55,297 bases of DNA from Gammaproteobacteria bacterium (GTDB lineage Bacteria > Pseudomonadota > Gammaproteobacteria > Steroidobacterales > PWYM01), in assembly GCA_020832005.1 (NCBI GenBank), contig JAFIFN010000006.1:1-55297 (forward strand), in the 5' to 3' direction. Positions 51,869-55,297 of the stretch are shown one piece after another. The number at the start of each line of letters is the position of its first letter. Position 1 is the stretch's first letter. Both the position numbers and the translations under genes were made by a program. Below the pieces are notes generated by a model that searched no databases, had not been told where the DNA came from, and worked only from the letters and a program-made list of their open reading frames with translations.

Positions 51869-52726
51869 ATGACGACGCAAAAGACGACGCACAGGCAACG
51901 CACGTGGTTGATCACCGGTGTGAGCAGCGGGCTGGGTCGAGCGCTTGCCCATGCGGCGCTTGCGCGTGGCGATCTTGTCGCCGGCACGGCACGCTCGGCA
52001 GCTGATGCCCAGGCGTTCGCGGCGCAGGCGCCGAGCCGCAGCTGCGCGCTGGTGCTCGACGTCACGGACACGGCATCGATTCCTCAGGTGATCGCGACAG
52101 CCGAGCAGGCTCTCGGGCCTGTGGATGTCCTGGTCAACAACGCAGGCTACCAGCTGGTCGGTGCCGTAGAGGAGCTGGGCCTGGATGAGTTGCGGGCACA
52201 GTTCGAGGTCAACGTGTTCGCTGCCCTGGCTGTCACCCAGGCTGTTTTGCCGGGCATGCGCACGCGCGGCCACGGGCATATCGTCAACATCAGCTCGGTC
52301 AGCGGGCTTGCCACCTGGGCGGGCACAGGTGGTTACTGTGCCAGCAAGTTCGCACTCGAGGCCCTCGGCGAGACGCTGGCCCAGGAGGTGGGTCCGCTGG
52401 GTATTCGTGTTACCAATGTTGCGCCCGGGGGCCTGCGCACCGACTTTACGGGCCGTTCGTTGCAACGCGCTGCCAGGCGGATCGAAGACTACCAGGCCAC
52501 TGCCCACGAATCTGAGCGCATCATCGCCAGCTATCGTGGCAACGAACCCGGTGATCCTGACAAGGTGGCTGCCGCCGTCATCGGGCTTGTCGATATGCCT
52601 GAACCGCCGTTGCACCTGCTGCTCGGCGCCGATGCCCTGTATTACCACGGACGCAAGGCCGGCGCGCTGCAAAGTGAGATCGCACAGTGGGCGCCGTTGT
52701 CGCTGAGCACTGCGGCCGACGACTGA
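51869..52726 (+). CDS. Short-chain dehydrogenase/reductase
   Basis: TGVSSGLG, NNAG, NISS, YCASK, PG.LRTDF. Confidence 0.92.
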   Translation: MTTQKTTHRQRTWLITGVSSGLGRALAHAALARGDLVAGTARSAADAQAFAAQAPSRSCALVLDVTDTASIPQVIATAEQALGPVDVLVNNAGYQLVGAVEELGLDELRAQFEVNVFAALAVTQAVLPGMRTRGHGHIVNISSVSGLATWAGTGGYCASKFALEALGETLAQEVGPLGIRVTNVAPGGLRTDFTGRSLQRAARRIEDYQATAHESERIIASYRGNEPGDPDKVAAAVIGLVDMPEPPLHLLLGADALYYHGRKAGALQSEIAQWAPLSLSTAADD

Positions 52727-52738
52727 CGACCGGCTGCG

Positions 52739-54289
52739 TCAGGGCTCCGTGGTGTCGGCTTGTTGGGCAGCGCTCTCGGCCGCGGTGTCGAGCTCACGCA
52801 GACGGGTCTTGAGGACCTTGCCGTAATTGTTCTTGGGCAGTTGCTCAATGAAGCGGTAATACCGCGGCCGCTTGTAGCGCGCGATGCGTTCCAGGCAGTA
52901 GCGATCCAGGGCCGCCGGATCCGGATGCCTGCCGCGCGCCGCCACCACATAGGCCACGACGCTTTCTCCCCACTCCCGGTCAGGACGGCCGATCACCGAG
53001 ACTTCGGCGACATCCGCATGGCTGACGAGAACCTCCTCGACTTCGCGCGGATAGATGTTGTTACCGCCGGAGATGATCAGGTCCTTCGCGCGATCCTTCA
53101 GCGTCAGAAAGCCTTCGGCATCCAGGCAGCCGTAATCCCCGGTATGCAGCCAGCCGTCGCGCAGGGTCTCGGCGCTCTCTTCTGCTTGTTGCCAGTAACC
53201 CTGCATGACCGTGTCGCCGCGCACGACCACCTCGCCGACTTCGCCCTGCGCTAACCAGTCACCGTCGGAGCGAATACGAACCTCCACGGCGCTTTGCGCG
53301 ATGCCCACCGAGGCCAGGCGTTCCAGCCAGCGCGAATGGTCACGTTCAGCGTGCATACGTGCACTAAGTGCGGTGATCGTCATCGGGCTTTCGCCCTGAC
53401 CGTAGAGCTGCGCCAGCTTGGGACCGAACCTGTCCAGTGCCGCGAGGCTGTCGTCGACGTACATCGGCCCCCCGCCGTAGATGATGGTCTTGAGTTGCCT
53501 GGTGTCGGTGTCCGCGGGATGATCGAGCAGGCGCTTGACCATCGTGGGTGCTGCGAAAAACACCGAAGCAGGCCAGTGCCTGATCAGTGCAAAGGCCTCG
53601 GCCGCCTCAAACGCCGCACTTTCGGGAATGACATGGCAGCTCGCCTGCATGACGTGGGGCAGGGCGTAGAGACCCGAGCCATGGCTCATCGGCGCCAGGT
53701 GCAGCATGCTGCGCCACGGTGACTGCTGATCAACATCGGCGAAGTAGCACCACGACATCGCCAGCAGATTGCGATGCGTGAGCACGGCGCCCTTGGGCTT
53801 GCCGGTGGTGCCGCTGGTGTAGAACATCCACGCGGCGTCCTGCGGCGATACCGCGGTAACGTCGATCGGTCTGGCTTCCAGCAGGCTTGCGTAGGCGGCT
53901 GTGCCGATGGTGATCACCCGTGATTCGGCAAGCACGGCGCTGTCGACCACTGCAGCGGTGAGATCGGGTGTCGTGAAACACAGGCTGGCCCCGCTGTTGC
54001 CGAGAATGTAGGCAAACTCGCTCGTGTGCAGCTTGGCGTTCACCGGTACAGCCACCAGCCCCGCGTGCCAGCATGCGTACAGCAGTTCCAGGTACTCGGC
54101 ACAGTTGCGCATTACCAGTGCGACACGATCGCCCGGCACGAGTCCGAGCTCACCGCGCAGACCACCGGCAATCCGTGCGGCGCGGTCGGCCAGCTGGCCA
54201 TAGGTGAACTGCACCTGCGTGCCCACGGCGACTGCGGGCGCATTGCGCGCCGCCAGACCACTTCGCTGCAATTGCAGGGCGAGGTTCAT
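52739..54289 (-). CDS. AMP-dependent acyl-CoA synthetase/ligase
   Basis: YTSGTTGKPKG, YGQGE, GWLHTGD, KDLIISGG.NIYP.EVE, LPKN.YGKVLK. Confidence 0.93.
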   Translation of the reverse strand: MNLALQLQRSGLAARNAPAVAVGTQVQFTYGQLADRAARIAGGLRGELGLVPGDRVALVMRNCAEYLELLYACWHAGLVAVPVNAKLHTSEFAYILGNSGASLCFTTPDLTAAVVDSAVLAESRVITIGTAAYASLLEARPIDVTAVSPQDAAWMFYTSGTTGKPKGAVLTHRNLLAMSWCYFADVDQQSPWRSMLHLAPMSHGSGLYALPHVMQASCHVIPESAAFEAAEAFALIRHWPASVFFAAPTMVKRLLDHPADTDTRQLKTIIYGGGPMYVDDSLAALDRFGPKLAQLYGQGESPMTITALSARMHAERDHSRWLERLASVGIAQSAVEVRIRSDGDWLAQGEVGEVVVRGDTVMQGYWQQAEESAETLRDGWLHTGDYGCLDAEGFLTLKDRAKDLIISGGNNIYPREVEEVLVSHADVAEVSVIGRPDREWGESVVAYVVAARGRHPDPAALDRYCLERIARYKRPRYYRFIEQLPKNNYGKVLKTRLRELDTAAESAAQQADTTEP

Positions 54290-54290
54290 C

Positions 54291-55297
54291 TCAATCGTTG
54301 ACCGGTCGTTCCCCGATCACCGGCCAGGCATTGACGCTTGGCAGGCCGGAGCGGGCGATGATCGCATCGCCTGCGCGCTGCGCTTCGGCGTAGAGCTCGT
54401 CTTCATCGACCATCGTTGAGCGGTAATTTTCTATGACCCGCACACCATCTACCCAGACACTGTGAACGCTGCGGCCATCAGCCGACCACACCAGCTGATT
54501 GACGACGTTCATGACCGGCGTCCATTCGGGTCGGTGGGTGTCGTGGCAGACGAGATCCGCCTTTCTGCCCACTGCCAGCGAACCGATGCTGTCCTGCAGC
54601 TGCAAGGCCCGCGCGGCGTTCACCGTGATCAGCGGCAGTGTTTCGTCCGCCGGCATGCGCGTGATGTCGTCTCTGGAATCCTTGAACAGTCCGGAGGTCA
54701 GATGCAGCAGTCTGAGCATGTCGGAATTATAGCCATCCGAGCCCAACAGCAGATTGATGCCCGCAGCAGGCATGTCCGCATGACGACCGTGCAGCGATAC
54801 ACCGAACGCCCCCTTGACGCTCGCCAAGGGACACAGGATCACATTGGTGCCGGTGCGCGCCAACGCTGCGAACTCCTGCTCGCTGATGCGCACGACATGC
54901 GTCAGGCAGACATTCGGACCCAGGACGCCGAGTGCCTCCAGGTGCTCGATGGGACGTCGGCCGAAAGCCTCGAGGAACCACTCTGGATCCGACTCACGCG
55001 CGCTCATGTGCGCCGAGACGCCTACACCATGTGCATCTGCCAGCTGTCGGGCTGCCTGCCAGACCTCGTCGGTGTTCGTCGAGTGGCCGACAAGAATCGG
55101 CCATGCAGCCAGGCGCGCATCGTTGTGGGCCGGATAACGCGCAAGCTCGCTTTCCATCAACGCGATGGCCTCGCTGTTGCGCTGCGCCTGCTGCTCGGGC
55201 TTGCCGAAGGCCCGTCCCTCGACCCAGATGCCCACGCGCCCGCGAATGCCTGTTTCGCTGGCGCCCTCCATGACCTCGTCGAGGTAGCGTACGGTGC
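54291..55297 (-). CDS. Metal-dependent amidohydrolase (MtaD/AtzA/TrzN-like deaminase family), 5' end outside the window
   Basis: The frame is open to the window edge (TVRYLDEVMEG...). GIRG, LTH, LGSDG, T.NAARAL, GSL.VG.KADLV, V.SV.VDG. Confidence 0.85.
   Translation of the reverse strand, partial: TVRYLDEVMEGASETGIRGRVGIWVEGRAFGKPEQQAQRNSEAIALMESELARYPAHNDARLAAWPILVGHSTNTDEVWQAARQLADAHGVGVSAHMSARESDPEWFLEAFGRRPIEHLEALGVLGPNVCLTHVVRISEQEFAALARTGTNVILCPLASVKGAFGVSLHGRHADMPAAGINLLLGSDGYNSDMLRLLHLTSGLFKDSRDDITRMPADETLPLITVNAARALQLQDSIGSLAVGRKADLVCHDTHRPEWTPVMNVVNQLVWSADGRSVHSVWVDGVRVIENYRSTMVDEDELYAEAQRAGDAIIARSGLPSVNAWPVIGERPVND

Overview
This 55.3-kb window is GC-rich bacterial chromosomal DNA, probably proteobacterial (inference from gene content). 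It probably starts at a low-quality contig end and ends inside a gene. I saw no rRNA, tRNA, CRISPR array, transposase or integrase. It falls into five blocks. (1) A nucleotidyltransferase with a small partner gene. (2) A glycogen/fermentation cluster: glgC, glgB, glgX, a long glgP broken by one in-frame TGA, phosphoketolase, transaldolase, a second short phosphorylase, ackA and hsp20. (3) A nitrite/NO module: nnrS divergent from nirS and a TonB-dependent heme-type receptor, followed by nsrR, with a near-consensus NsrR box upstream of nirS. (4) Transport genes: an osmoprotectant ABC system, an AI-2E exporter, and a TctC-TctB fusion with tctA. (5) About 24 kb of catabolic genes: an amidase, atzF, an aldolase, Rieske and extradiol dioxygenases, hydantoinase/oxoprolinase A/B, phoD, ribokinase, a CoA ligase, an amidohydrolase and regulators. 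The best candidate for an undescribed system is block 3. Its NirS is a predicted lipoprotein with an extra fused cytochrome c domain and apparent NsrR control. It has no heme d1 biosynthesis genes nearby and is translationally coupled to an outer-membrane heme-family receptor, which suggests it may scavenge heme d1. All product calls come from recognising motifs by eye; no database searches were run.
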